DNA from: Acidimicrobiia bacterium | GTDB taxonomy: Bacteria; Actinomycetota; Acidimicrobiia; Spongiisociales; ZC4RG35 | Assembly: GCA_035281425.1 (NCBI GenBank) | Contig: DATEDX010000124.1 | Span: 1 to 60,583 of the forward strand | Direction of reading: 5' to 3' | Length of the DNA: 60,583 bases | Part shown: positions 36,512-45,081 of the stretch, one piece after another | Layout of the letters: each line of letters opens with the position of its first letter | How positions within the stretch are numbered: the first letter of the stretch is position 1 | Made by a program: the position numbers and the translations under genes | Notes under the pieces: generated by a model | What the model was told of the DNA's origin: nothing | Database searches by the model: none | What the model saw: the letters and a program-made list of their open reading frames with translations, nothing else

Positions 36512-37246
36512 GTGAATCTGTTGGAGGTGCAGGCTCTCCGTAAGGCGTACGGAGGGTTGGTGGCAGTCGACGACGCCACCTTTGTGGTGCCGGAGAAGTC
36601 CATCACGTCACTCATCGGTCCCAACGGAGCCGGTAAGACCACCGCCTTTGATGTCATCTCCGGGGTGGTGGCACCCGACTCCGGCTACGTCGGCTTTGAA
36701 GGGGAGGACATCACCACCCTGCTTCCTCACCGCGTAACTGCCCGGGGAATCGGGCGTACCTTCCAGATCACGAGGGAGTTGGGCGACCTGACCGTTCTCG
36801 AGAACATGGTCGTCTCCACCATTCGAACCGACCTTCCATCGCTGTTGCGAGGACGGGTATTGCCTCCGGAAAGGGAACGGGCCATGGAGTTGCTGGCCTT
36901 TGTCGGCATCGACCGGCTGGCCAATGAATATGCCAAGAAGCTCTCCTACGGGCAACGCAAACTGCTCGAGTTTGCCTCCGTTCTTATGTCGGCTCCCCGA
37001 TTGGTGATGCTCGATGAACCCGCCGGCGGCGTCAACCCGGCCCTGATGGAAAAGCTGATGGATCACATCGAGGAGTTGAACCGCCAAGGCACCTCCTTCC
37101 TCATCGTCGAACACAACATGGATGTGGTGATGCGGCTGTCCCATTCCATCATCGTCATGGCCCATGGCAAGGTGATCACCCAGGGTCCTCCCGCCGTGGT
37201 CCGCGAAGACGAACGAGTGCTTGCTGCCTATTTGGGGGAAGTGTGA
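36512..37246 (+). CDS. livG: Liv-type ABC transporter ATP-binding protein (LivG-like)
   Basis: AAGGAG lies upstream of GTG 36512. Walker A: GPNGAGKTT. Signature: LSYGQRKLLEF. Walker B: LVMLDEPAGG. Confidence 0.9.
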   Translation: MNLLEVQALRKAYGGLVAVDDATFVVPEKSITSLIGPNGAGKTTAFDVISGVVAPDSGYVGFEGEDITTLLPHRVTARGIGRTFQITRELGDLTVLENMVVSTIRTDLPSLLRGRVLPPERERAMELLAFVGIDRLANEYAKKLSYGQRKLLEFASVLMSAPRLVMLDEPAGGVNPALMEKLMDHIEELNRQGTSFLIVEHNMDVVMRLSHSIIVMAHGKVITQGPPAVVREDERVLAAYLGEV

Positions 37247-37986
37247 TGCCCTTCCTGCAGGTGGCCGACCTCAAGGCGGGCTATGGGATCGGACCCGACA
37301 TCCTCACCGACGTCAGCCTCGACATCGACCAGGGCCGGACCTATTGCATCATCGGGCCCAACGGTGCCGGCAAGTCCACCCTGCTCAAGGTAGTGGCCGG
37401 GCTTCTCCGTCCTCGCCAGGGCGCCGTCATCTTCGACGGGGCCGAACTAGGTGGACTCCGTCCCGACCAGATTCTCAGCCGGGGAGTCTGTTTCGTTCCC
37501 CAGGACCGCACCCTCTTTCCCGAGATGACGGTCAAGGACAACCTGATCATGGGCGGCTACTTGATCCGTGACCGGCGGGAAGTGAACGAACGGCTGGAAC
37601 GGGTGATGGGGATGTTCCCGGTGCTGGCCGGGCGGGCCAGCCAGCTCGCCCAGACCATGTCGGGGGGAGAGCAACAGATGCTGGCCATGGCCCGGGCGCT
37701 GATGATCGAGCCCAAGCTGATCATGATCGACGAGCCGAGTCTGGGCCTCGCCCCGCAGGTAACGAACCAGATCTTCAACATCATCCGCAGCCTCAACTCC
37801 GACCTGGGCATCACAGTGGTGCTGGTCGAACAAAACGTCCGCCGCGGCCTGCAGGTGGCGGACTGGGGGTTCGTGCTCGACCTGGGAACCAAGCGCTTCG
37901 AGGGCCCTGCCGACCGCATCCTCGATGATCCCCGGATCCGCGATCTATACCTTGGCAAAATGGCCGGCGGGGGAGAGCAGCCATGA
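37243..37986 (+). CDS. livF: Liv-type ABC transporter ATP-binding protein (LivF-like)
   Basis: Walker A: GPNGAGKST. Signature: MSGGEQQMLAMARAL. Walker B: LIMIDEPSLGL. The start overlaps the livG stop (GTG 37243 or ATG 37246). Confidence 0.9.
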   Translation: MMPFLQVADLKAGYGIGPDILTDVSLDIDQGRTYCIIGPNGAGKSTLLKVVAGLLRPRQGAVIFDGAELGGLRPDQILSRGVCFVPQDRTLFPEMTVKDNLIMGGYLIRDRREVNERLERVMGMFPVLAGRASQLAQTMSGGEQQMLAMARALMIEPKLIMIDEPSLGLAPQVTNQIFNIIRSLNSDLGITVVLVEQNVRRGLQVADWGFVLDLGTKRFEGPADRILDDPRIRDLYLGKMAGGGEQP

Positions 37987-38858
37987 CCGGCGTGATCCAG
38001 GTAGCCATCCTCGGCCTGGCCCTGGGTGGGGTTTATGCCCTCATGGCCTCGGGGCTGACTTTGATGTTCGGAGTGATGCGAGTCGTCAACCTCGCCCACG
38101 GTGCTTTCATGATCCTGGCCGCCTATGGCGCCTTCTTCCTCTGGCAGTTGTGGAACATCGACCCCTTTGTGTCGCTGGTGGTGGTGATGCCGGCGATGTT
38201 CGGGTTGGGGATGCTGATCTACCGCTCGCTCTTCACCCGGATCGAGGCTTCTCCCCGCTACCCGGAGATGACGGTTTTGATGACCTTCGGGCTGGCCTTC
38301 GTGGTGGAGGGGCTGATGAGCTACTTCTTCACTGGGATCTTCCGTACCGCTTCCCCGCCTTATGCGACCCAGGCCTTCTTGTTCGGGCCTTTCTTCGTGC
38401 CCCGGGGCCAGCTTTTCGCCTCCATGGCCAGCGTGGTGTTGCTGATTTTGCTGTGGGTCTTCTTGACCTTCACCCGTACCGGCTACGGGGTGCGGGCGAC
38501 CATGCAGAACCGCACCGCGGCCCAGATCGTCGGGGTGGACGTGCGCCGGGTGTCGATGATTTCGTTTGGGGTGGGGATGGCGCTGGCCGGCGGGGCCGGG
38601 GCCCTGATCAGCTTCCTCTTCACCTTCTTTCCCAACCGGCACTGGCAGTGGATCGCCATCATGTTGTCCCTCATCGTCCTCGGCGGCATGGGGAGCCTCA
38701 AAGGGGCGGTGGTGGGCGCCCTCGCCCTGGCCGTGATCGCCTCCTTCGTCAGCGACACTCTGGGGTCTCTATGGGCCCCGATGACCTTCTTCCTGGTCCT
38801 TTTCCTGGTGCTGCTAGTACGGCCCCATGGGTTGTTCGGAAAGAAGGTCCGCCTGTGA
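37983..38858 (+). CDS. livH: Liv-type ABC transporter permease (LivH-like)
   Basis: ILGLALGGVYALMASGLTLMFGVMRVVNLAHG. ATGA overlap with livF. Confidence 0.9.
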   Translation: MTGVIQVAILGLALGGVYALMASGLTLMFGVMRVVNLAHGAFMILAAYGAFFLWQLWNIDPFVSLVVVMPAMFGLGMLIYRSLFTRIEASPRYPEMTVLMTFGLAFVVEGLMSYFFTGIFRTASPPYATQAFLFGPFFVPRGQLFASMASVVLLILLWVFLTFTRTGYGVRATMQNRTAAQIVGVDVRRVSMISFGVGMALAGGAGALISFLFTFFPNRHWQWIAIMLSLIVLGGMGSLKGAVVGALALAVIASFVSDTLGSLWAPMTFFLVLFLVLLVRPHGLFGKKVRL

Positions 38859-39871
38859 CTGCCGAGCCCACCACCGTCGCCCTCCCTCCCAGCCTGGAGC
38901 CGGTGGCTGACGGTCGTGGGACCCGCCGGATCTTCATCACCATCGTCGTGCTGGCGCTGGCATTGGTTCCGGTGGCCCGTTTCCTCCCCGCCTACAACTA
39001 CATCCTCCAACTGGGAATTTCGGGGCTGATGTGGATTGCCCTCACCTCCAGCTGGAACATCCTCGGTGGTTACACCGGCTACATCTCCCTCGGTCACAAC
39101 GTCTTCTTCGCCATCGGCGGCTATCTATCGGGAATGCTGCTCGTCTATCAGGGGCTGTCACCGTTCCTGACCGCGGTGCTGGGTGGGGCGCTGGCCTTTT
39201 TGGTCGGCCTGGTGGCTGGACTGATCACCCTCCGCACCCGGGGACCTGCCTTCATCATCTCCACCGTGGCCCTGCTCTTGGTGATCACCCTCTGGCTCGA
39301 CAGCTGGGAGCTGGCAGGGGGTTCCAACGGGCTCAGCCTTCCCCTTCCTCCCTTCCCCATCCAATGGCTGAAGGTGCCGTTCTATTACGCCATGTTCGTA
39401 GCGGCGGTGGGAGCGGTGTTCCTTGGCTACCGGGTCCAGCACTCCAAACTGGGCCTGGCACTGCGGGCCATCGCCCAAGACGAGGTCAAGGCCGAGGTGG
39501 CAGGGGTGAATACCCGCCGGCTCAAGATCCTGGCCTTTGCCCTCAGCGCCTTCTTCCCAGGTGTGGTGGGGGCGATCTTCGGCTACAACCTCAGCTACAT
39601 CCGCCCCACCGTCTTCCTCATTATCGGGGTGGCGGCGCAGATGGTCTTGATGGCCATCATCGGCGGGCGGGGTACGGTGGCCGGCCCCGTGATCGGAGCC
39701 GTGCTCATCGTCGCCCTCAACGAGCTCTCGCTGGTCTACTTCGGAGCCACCGAGCTCAACATCGTCATCACCGGAGCCATCATGATCGTGGTCTTGTTGT
39801 TTTTCCCCGGGGGGATCGTCGGCTACCTACGGGAGAAAGGAAAGCTCCCCGCCATCCTCGACTGGGACTAA
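38855..39871 (+). CDS. livM: Liv-type ABC transporter permease (LivM-like)
   Basis: GTGA overlap with livH. LTSSWNILGGYTGYISLGHNVFFAIGGY. The long 5' extension in the track (from 37925) is an open-frame artefact. Confidence 0.85.
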   Translation: MTAEPTTVALPPSLEPVADGRGTRRIFITIVVLALALVPVARFLPAYNYILQLGISGLMWIALTSSWNILGGYTGYISLGHNVFFAIGGYLSGMLLVYQGLSPFLTAVLGGALAFLVGLVAGLITLRTRGPAFIISTVALLLVITLWLDSWELAGGSNGLSLPLPPFPIQWLKVPFYYAMFVAAVGAVFLGYRVQHSKLGLALRAIAQDEVKAEVAGVNTRRLKILAFALSAFFPGVVGAIFGYNLSYIRPTVFLIIGVAAQMVLMAIIGGRGTVAGPVIGAVLIVALNELSLVYFGATELNIVITGAIMIVVLLFFPGGIVGYLREKGKLPAILDWD

Positions 39872-39876
39872 CCACC

Positions 39877-39979
39877 TGCGCGGATTTTTCCGTCGCTACG
39901 ACGGAAAAATCCGCACGGAACCAGTCGACGGGTCCTTCCGTGCTGATTTTTCCGTGCCTGCCACGGAAAAGTCCGCGCA
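39877..39979. repeat. 103-bp triple-hairpin MITE-like element (copy B)
   Basis: tgcgcggatttttccgtcgctacgacggaaaaatccgc acggaaccagtcgacgggtccttccgt gctgatttttccgtgcctgccacggaaaagtccgcgca. It begins 6 nt after the livM stop, in a convergent spacer. Confidence 0.9.
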
Positions 39980-39995
39980 GACGTGTATGGCTCGA

Positions 39996-40691
39996 TTACG
40001 GCCCAAGCCTCACGGACACTTCACCGAGGGGCTCGATGGTGAAACTGACGAGATCCCCCGGTTCCAGAGCCAGCGGCGGGACCACCGAACCGCAGATCAC
40101 CACCTCTCCTGCCCGGAGGACCTCACCGAAGTGGCCAACCACCCGGGCCAGGTGAGCGATGACCTCGGCCGGAGGGCCGGTGAGTTGAAAGGAAAAGCCA
40201 CCCGCAGCGATCAACTCGCCGTCCTTCACCACCCGGATCTGTAAACCATCCAACCCCCCGAGCGACAAGGACTGTGGTTGGCCGAGGATGACGTATCGAT
40301 GGAAGATGTTGCCGGCCAAGATGACCTCGACCTCACCAGGAGGCGGATCCACGTCGGCCAGCTCCACCGCCGGCGCCAGCATTCCTACCGCCTCGCTCAC
40401 CTCGTCCACGGTGGCCCGTGGGGACAGATCCGAAGTGAGGTAGGCGGCCAGTTCCGGCTCGGCCACCGGCCGCGACCAGCCGGCGATGGAGACCTCACTT
40501 CCCGCCGCCACCAGCGAACGATCGGTGAGAAACCCGACCAGCGGGCCCTCCAGCGAGAACTGTGTCTGCGCCGAGGGTGCCCCGAACCCGGCCTTCCAGC
40601 CGAGGGGCTGCTCGCCTGCCGCCAGCCGATCCCTCCGCTGGGCCAGTTGCCGCCGCATTCCCTGCTCGACTCGGGGATCGAGCGAGTTCAT
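39996..40691 (-). CDS. 2-keto-4-pentenoate hydratase / FAH-family hydratase-decarboxylase-like protein
   Basis: From ATG 40691 (ATGA overlap with the cupin stop): GWKAGFGAPSAQ...GFLTD...EPELA...GEVVICGSVVPP. Confidence 0.65.
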   Translation of the reverse strand: MNSLDPRVEQGMRRQLAQRRDRLAAGEQPLGWKAGFGAPSAQTQFSLEGPLVGFLTDRSLVAAGSEVSIAGWSRPVAEPELAAYLTSDLSPRATVDEVSEAVGMLAPAVELADVDPPPGEVEVILAGNIFHRYVILGQPQSLSLGGLDGLQIRVVKDGELIAAGGFSFQLTGPPAEVIAHLARVVGHFGEVLRAGEVVICGSVVPPLALEPGDLVSFTIEPLGEVSVRLGP

Positions 40692-41083
40692 TCCGGGATC
40701 TCGTACCCGGCCGCCTCCAAGGACCCGGCCCCACTCCATCCCCAGACGAGAGTCACGTCTTCGTCCCCGGTGTTGTTGAAGCCGTGCCAGTTGCCCCGCC
40801 GGGTGAAGATCACATCACCGGTGGTCGCCGGCTCGTCCTCTCCATCGGTGTAAATGACGCCCTGCCCTGAAAGCACGATGAAGAACTCGTCGGCGTGAGG
40901 ATGACGATGCCGTTCGTGTCGAGCGCCGGGGGGCAGCACCGTCCATCCCACCAGCAGTTGATCGGAACCGGCGGAGAGGGTGTCGATGAGGAACTGGACC
41001 TTCATGTCCACCCATCCCTCCTCCGCTTTCAAACCACCGACCTCCGGCACCTGACGGCGGTTGGTGCGATAGCGGTCGGTCAC
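40688..41083 (-). CDS. cupin-domain protein
   Basis: Cupin motifs: PPGARHERHRHPHADEFFIVLSGQG ... GDVIFTRRGNWHGFNNTG. GTGA overlap with the upstream gene. Confidence 0.75.
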   Translation of the reverse strand: MTDRYRTNRRQVPEVGGLKAEEGWVDMKVQFLIDTLSAGSDQLLVGWTVLPPGARHERHRHPHADEFFIVLSGQGVIYTDGEDEPATTGDVIFTRRGNWHGFNNTGDEDVTLVWGWSGAGSLEAAGYEIPE

Positions 41084-41961
41084 CGGGCGCCGCCCAGGGT
41101 TCGGTAGGCGTCAAAGACCGTGACGAAGTCGCGATGGCTGAGACCCAGTCCGTGACAGGCGTTGAGCATCTCGTTGGCCGCCGCCGCCAGGGGGACCGGC
41201 GATCCCAACCGACGCCCCAGGTCGAGCGCTAGCAGCATGTCTTTCTGCTGCAAGGTGACATCGGCCAGGGGCTTCTCCGGCATCCCCCCTTCGAGGATGA
41301 AAGGGCCCCGATAGCCCATCACCGGTGAAGCCACCACACTCTTCAGCATCGCATCCACGGCTACCGCCCGATCAACCCCACCCTTCTCAGCCAGCGCCAC
41401 CGCCTCGGAGAAAGCAACCATCTCCACAATCAGGCAGAGGTTGATGGCGATCTTCATCTGAGCGGCCATCCCGCTTTCCCCGATATGGGTAACCGAGGGG
41501 CCGATGTCTTCTAGTACCGGCTTGATCCGCTCAAATGCCCCACGGTCGCCACCCACCATCAGCGAAGCCTTGCCCTGGGCGAGGGTGATGGGACTGCCGG
41601 AGAGCGGCGCGTCCAGCATGGTCAGGCCCGCCTCGGCGAAGCGGCGGCCGATCTCCCGTGACGCTTCTGGGTCGATCGTGCTCATGTCGGCGTAGATCGA
41701 ATCGGGGCCCAGGCCGGCGATCACCCCCTCCGGTCCCAAGGCCACCGCTTCCACCGCTTTGGCGTCGGTAACGATCGACAGCACCACCTCGGCACCGGTG
41801 GCGGCCGCGGCCGGCGACTCGGCTTCCTCCATGCCCAGGGCGATCAAGTGCTGGGCTTTGCCGGCAGTACGGTTCCAGCCCTTCACCCGGTGGCCGGCGG
41901 CCAGCAAGCGGGGAACAATGCCCTGTCCCATGTCTCCCAAGCCAATGAAGCCAACTCGCAA
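41080..41961 (-). CDS. NAD(P)-dependent 3-hydroxyisobutyrate-dehydrogenase-family oxidoreductase
   Basis: MRVGFIGLGDMGQGIVPRLLAAGH (Rossmann), DAPLSGS, MKIAINL. Confidence 0.85.
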   Translation of the reverse strand: MRVGFIGLGDMGQGIVPRLLAAGHRVKGWNRTAGKAQHLIALGMEEAESPAAAATGAEVVLSIVTDAKAVEAVALGPEGVIAGLGPDSIYADMSTIDPEASREIGRRFAEAGLTMLDAPLSGSPITLAQGKASLMVGGDRGAFERIKPVLEDIGPSVTHIGESGMAAQMKIAINLCLIVEMVAFSEAVALAEKGGVDRAVAVDAMLKSVVASPVMGYRGPFILEGGMPEKPLADVTLQQKDMLLALDLGRRLGSPVPLAAAANEMLNACHGLGLSHRDFVTVFDAYRTLGGAR

Positions 41962-41997
41962 CCCGTCCCTCCTTGTCGATGAGCCTTCCCGGGAGGC

Positions 41998-43605
41998 TCA
42001 GGCCTGTTCGTGCATCCGCTTCGCTGCCAGACCCTGCGCCACCAATCGAGCCTCGCCGGTAACACCCAAAGCTCCCAAGAACACGTGCCGATCCAGGGTG
42101 TAGTAGCTGGCTGGCCCGGTGCTGCGCACCGTAGCCGTCCGCGGTACGTCATGCAGCAGGGCGATCTCGCCGAACACATCACCGACCACGAGCCGGGCCA
42201 GCTCCCGGTCTCCTTTGCTGACGGCGAACTCCCCGCCGGCGATCACGAAGAGAGTGTCACCGGGGTCACCTTCCCGCACCACCACCACATCACTCTCCAC
42301 TTCATGGGAAGCAAGCTCGGCGGCTAGTCCCTCCAAGACCAGGGGGGAGAGGTGGGCGAACATCGGCACCTGGCGCAGCAACCGCAGTTCCGTCAGATGG
42401 AGGGGCACCGATCGGTCGACTTGGGCCACTTGTCGCCGCAGGGCGATCACGGCGGCCGGCAGCAGCGAACCAATGACCACCAGGGTGGCGGTGGCTCCGG
42501 CTCGGGAGAAGAGCAGCGACACGGTGATGGAACCAAGGGCGAGGCTGAAGGCGGCTAGACCCTCGTGAACTCCGAGCACCCTGGCCAGCACCGATGCCGG
42601 GGCGGCGCGTTGGAGCAAGGTGCGGACGATCAGGTCGATCCATTGCAGTCCCACCGCCGCCACGAACACCAGAAGGAGAGCCCCCTCAGATACCCATCCG
42701 AGCCCATAGAGAGGCACCGCGGCGAGCAGGACGGCGAGCTGCAATGCCCGCAGCAACCTTCGCCCTACCAGCGAGGTGGCGATCAATGCACCGATCAGGG
42801 CACCCAATCCCACCGCCGAAGCCAGTGCCCCTGCGCCTTCGTCACCCCAGCCGAGGACTTCGACGGCCAGGATCACCACCAGCACGTCCATCGCCCCCAC
42901 CACCGTGTAATAGGCGGCTCCGATCGTGACCAGGCTGCGCAGACCGCGGTCGGAAGCCATGGCCCCGACCCCGGCAGCCAGCTGCCTTCTTGCCGGTTGC
43001 TCGATCCGTGGTGGTGGTACCCGGCCTCGCACCCCGACGGTAAGTACCACAGCGGCTGCCATAGCCCCCGCCATAAACAGGAAGACATGGCCGGGCGCAC
43101 CGTCGATGAGGATCACTGCTGCCAGCGCCGGACCTAACAGCACTCCGAGGGCATCGGCGGTGGAGGTGACGACGTTGGCGGCGGTCACCTCGTGGGGATG
43201 GCTGGCCAGGTCCGGGATCAGCGACCCGTGGGCGGGTCGGGTCGAGGCCACCAGGGTGGCGGCCACGGTCGCCAGGGCGAGGGTCAAAACCAGTGGGCGG
43301 CCGGTAATCATCGCCACTCCCACCACGCCGTGAGCGACCGTCTGGGCGAGATAGATCCCTCGCAGCGGCCAGTCCCGGCGGTAGCGGTCGGAGGCGGCCG
43401 AGATCACCGGGGCAATGACCGCGGCGGGAAGTAGCTGCACCACCGCCGCCACCCCGACCATTTCGGCTCCGCCCTGACGGTGGGCGTAGAGAAGGACCGC
43501 TACCCAGGTGCCGAACTCGGCCGTGGAGGCGAGGAGGTAAGCCAGTTCGATCCTTCGGATTTGGGGCAGTCGGAGCACCGACCGCAGCGGGGAGTCAGGT
43601 TTCAC
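41998..43605 (-). CDS. MFS transporter fused to a C-terminal cyclic-nucleotide-binding domain
   Basis: About 12 TM segments, then LLRQVPMFAHLSPLVLEGLAAEL...VVREGDPGDTLFVIAGGEF...GDVFGEIALLHDVPRTATVRS. Confidence 0.8.
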   Translation of the reverse strand: MKPDSPLRSVLRLPQIRRIELAYLLASTAEFGTWVAVLLYAHRQGGAEMVGVAAVVQLLPAAVIAPVISAASDRYRRDWPLRGIYLAQTVAHGVVGVAMITGRPLVLTLALATVAATLVASTRPAHGSLIPDLASHPHEVTAANVVTSTADALGVLLGPALAAVILIDGAPGHVFLFMAGAMAAAVVLTVGVRGRVPPPRIEQPARRQLAAGVGAMASDRGLRSLVTIGAAYYTVVGAMDVLVVILAVEVLGWGDEGAGALASAVGLGALIGALIATSLVGRRLLRALQLAVLLAAVPLYGLGWVSEGALLLVFVAAVGLQWIDLIVRTLLQRAAPASVLARVLGVHEGLAAFSLALGSITVSLLFSRAGATATLVVIGSLLPAAVIALRRQVAQVDRSVPLHLTELRLLRQVPMFAHLSPLVLEGLAAELASHEVESDVVVVREGDPGDTLFVIAGGEFAVSKGDRELARLVVGDVFGEIALLHDVPRTATVRSTGPASYYTLDRHVFLGALGVTGEARLVAQGLAAKRMHEQA

Positions 43606-43625
43606 CAGGCGAAGTTAGCCCTGGT

Positions 43626-43673
43626 TTTTGGCGCGTAAAGGCGACGTTGGGCCGTCGCCTTTACGCGCCAAAA
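43626..43673. repeat. REP-like 48-bp palindrome (family copy 3)
   Basis: ttttggcgcgtaaaggcgacg ttgggc cgtcgcctttacgcgccaaaa. It lies in the divergent spacer between the MFS gene (start 43605) and the histidine-kinase gene (start 43756). Confidence 0.95.
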
Positions 43674-43755
43674 CAGGAGAATTGAGGGGCTAGTCCTTCT
43701 GGCAGCGCCCGAAATGACGCCCAGTGCCGGTGGCGCTCGAGGCCGATGAAACACC

Positions 43756-45081
43756 ATGAGTCGCCCCTCACCCCGGGAAACCTCGCGCTGGGTCACGATC
43801 GCAGTGTGGGTGGCGATCGGCGCCGCGGCCGTATCCCTGATCATGGCTGCGGCCGTGGGCTGGGTGGCCGATGGAGCCATCCGCCTCGGGCACATCGAGC
43901 GGGCTACCACCGCCGCCGAACTCTCCCGGGTGCAACTGTCGGCGACGCTGCTGCTGGCGGAGCAGGCTCGTCTCGGTTTGGCCACGCCGGCGCAGGTGCA
44001 GGAAGCAGCGGAAGCGGTCGCCGCCAGTCTCGACCTCCTTGAACAATCGGTCCGATCCCTGTCCGACGAGAGGGCGGCGGCGGCGCCCTACCTCACATCC
44101 GCCCGCTCCTTATTGGCCGGGTTGGGAAACAGCCCCGAGCCGCCGGATCCTGAGGCGGTGGCCGAGTCGCTCGAGCAGCTCACCACGACTCTCAATGCCG
44201 GGCGCCTCGCCAATGAGCAGCAGCTGGTGGTCCTGCGGTCGGAATCCGCTCCCCTGATGCTGGTGGCGACTTTTGTGGTGGTGCTGGCCGGCCCCCTGGC
44301 CATCATCGGAGCGCATCAAAGCTGGGCCAACCGCCGCCTGGAAGCGAGTCAGCTACGCCAGCGGCTGCTGGCTAGCGAGGAGGTGCTGACATCGAAGAAC
44401 GAATTCCTCGCCAACGTCTCCCACGAACTACGGACCCCGCTGACCGGCATCTACGGCCTTACCCGTTTGCTCGAAAACGAGTCCCTTGATCCCCACGAGC
44501 GGCGAGAGCTGATCGGGTTGATATCCCAGGAGTCGGGAGAGCTGCTGCGGATGGTCGATGACATCCTCACGCTGGGACGGTCCGACGCGGGCGTTCTTAC
44601 CTACCAACCTCAGCTCCTCTCGCCGGGAGGCGAGGTGCAGTTGGTGCTGGAGAGCTACCAATGGCAGGAGGGACCAACTGCGGTCGACTGCCAGCCGGGA
44701 CCGGTGTGGGTCGATCCCCTGCGCCTCCGTCAGCTGCTCCGCAATCTGGTGGGCAACGCGCATCGCCACGGTGGCGGGACGATCGAAGTCGTGGGCCGGG
44801 TGACCCCCGCCGGATACCGGTTGGTGGTTCGAGACGACGGGCCGGGAGTCCCCGATCACCTACTCAGCTCCCTTTTCAGTCGATTCCTCCACCGCGACTC
44901 CACCCCGCTCTTGGCGGGAAGCATCGGGCTCGGCCTCCACATCGCCCGATTGCTGGCTGAGGGAATGGGCGGAGGGCTCACCTATGAGCGGCGGAACGGA
45001 TGGACCGAGTTCGTGGTGACCTTGCCCATGTCCGGTGCAGAAGCCGTGGCCGAGACCACCGAGTTGGCCTATGCGGTCTAA
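43756..45081 (+). CDS. sensor histidine kinase (no cognate response regulator in window)
   Basis: N-terminal TM segment. H-box: NEFLANVSHELRTPLTGIYG. N/G boxes: LRNLVGNAHRHGG, VRDDGPGVP, GSIGLGLHIARLL. Confidence 0.85.
   Translation: MSRPSPRETSRWVTIAVWVAIGAAAVSLIMAAAVGWVADGAIRLGHIERATTAAELSRVQLSATLLLAEQARLGLATPAQVQEAAEAVAASLDLLEQSVRSLSDERAAAAPYLTSARSLLAGLGNSPEPPDPEAVAESLEQLTTTLNAGRLANEQQLVVLRSESAPLMLVATFVVVLAGPLAIIGAHQSWANRRLEASQLRQRLLASEEVLTSKNEFLANVSHELRTPLTGIYGLTRLLENESLDPHERRELIGLISQESGELLRMVDDILTLGRSDAGVLTYQPQLLSPGGEVQLVLESYQWQEGPTAVDCQPGPVWVDPLRLRQLLRNLVGNAHRHGGGTIEVVGRVTPAGYRLVVRDDGPGVPDHLLSSLFSRFLHRDSTPLLAGSIGLGLHIARLLAEGMGGGLTYERRNGWTEFVVTLPMSGAEAVAETTELAYAV

Noticed and set aside
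37557-38642. 361-aa minus-strand ORF opposite livF/livH
   Set aside because: It is antisense to ABC genes with canonical Walker and permease motifs. Its composition is His/Pro/Gly/Arg-rich.
37925-38854. 5' extension of the livM ORF
   Set aside because: It overlaps livF/livH in another frame. GTG 38855 (GTGA overlap) gives a normal LivM-type N-terminus.
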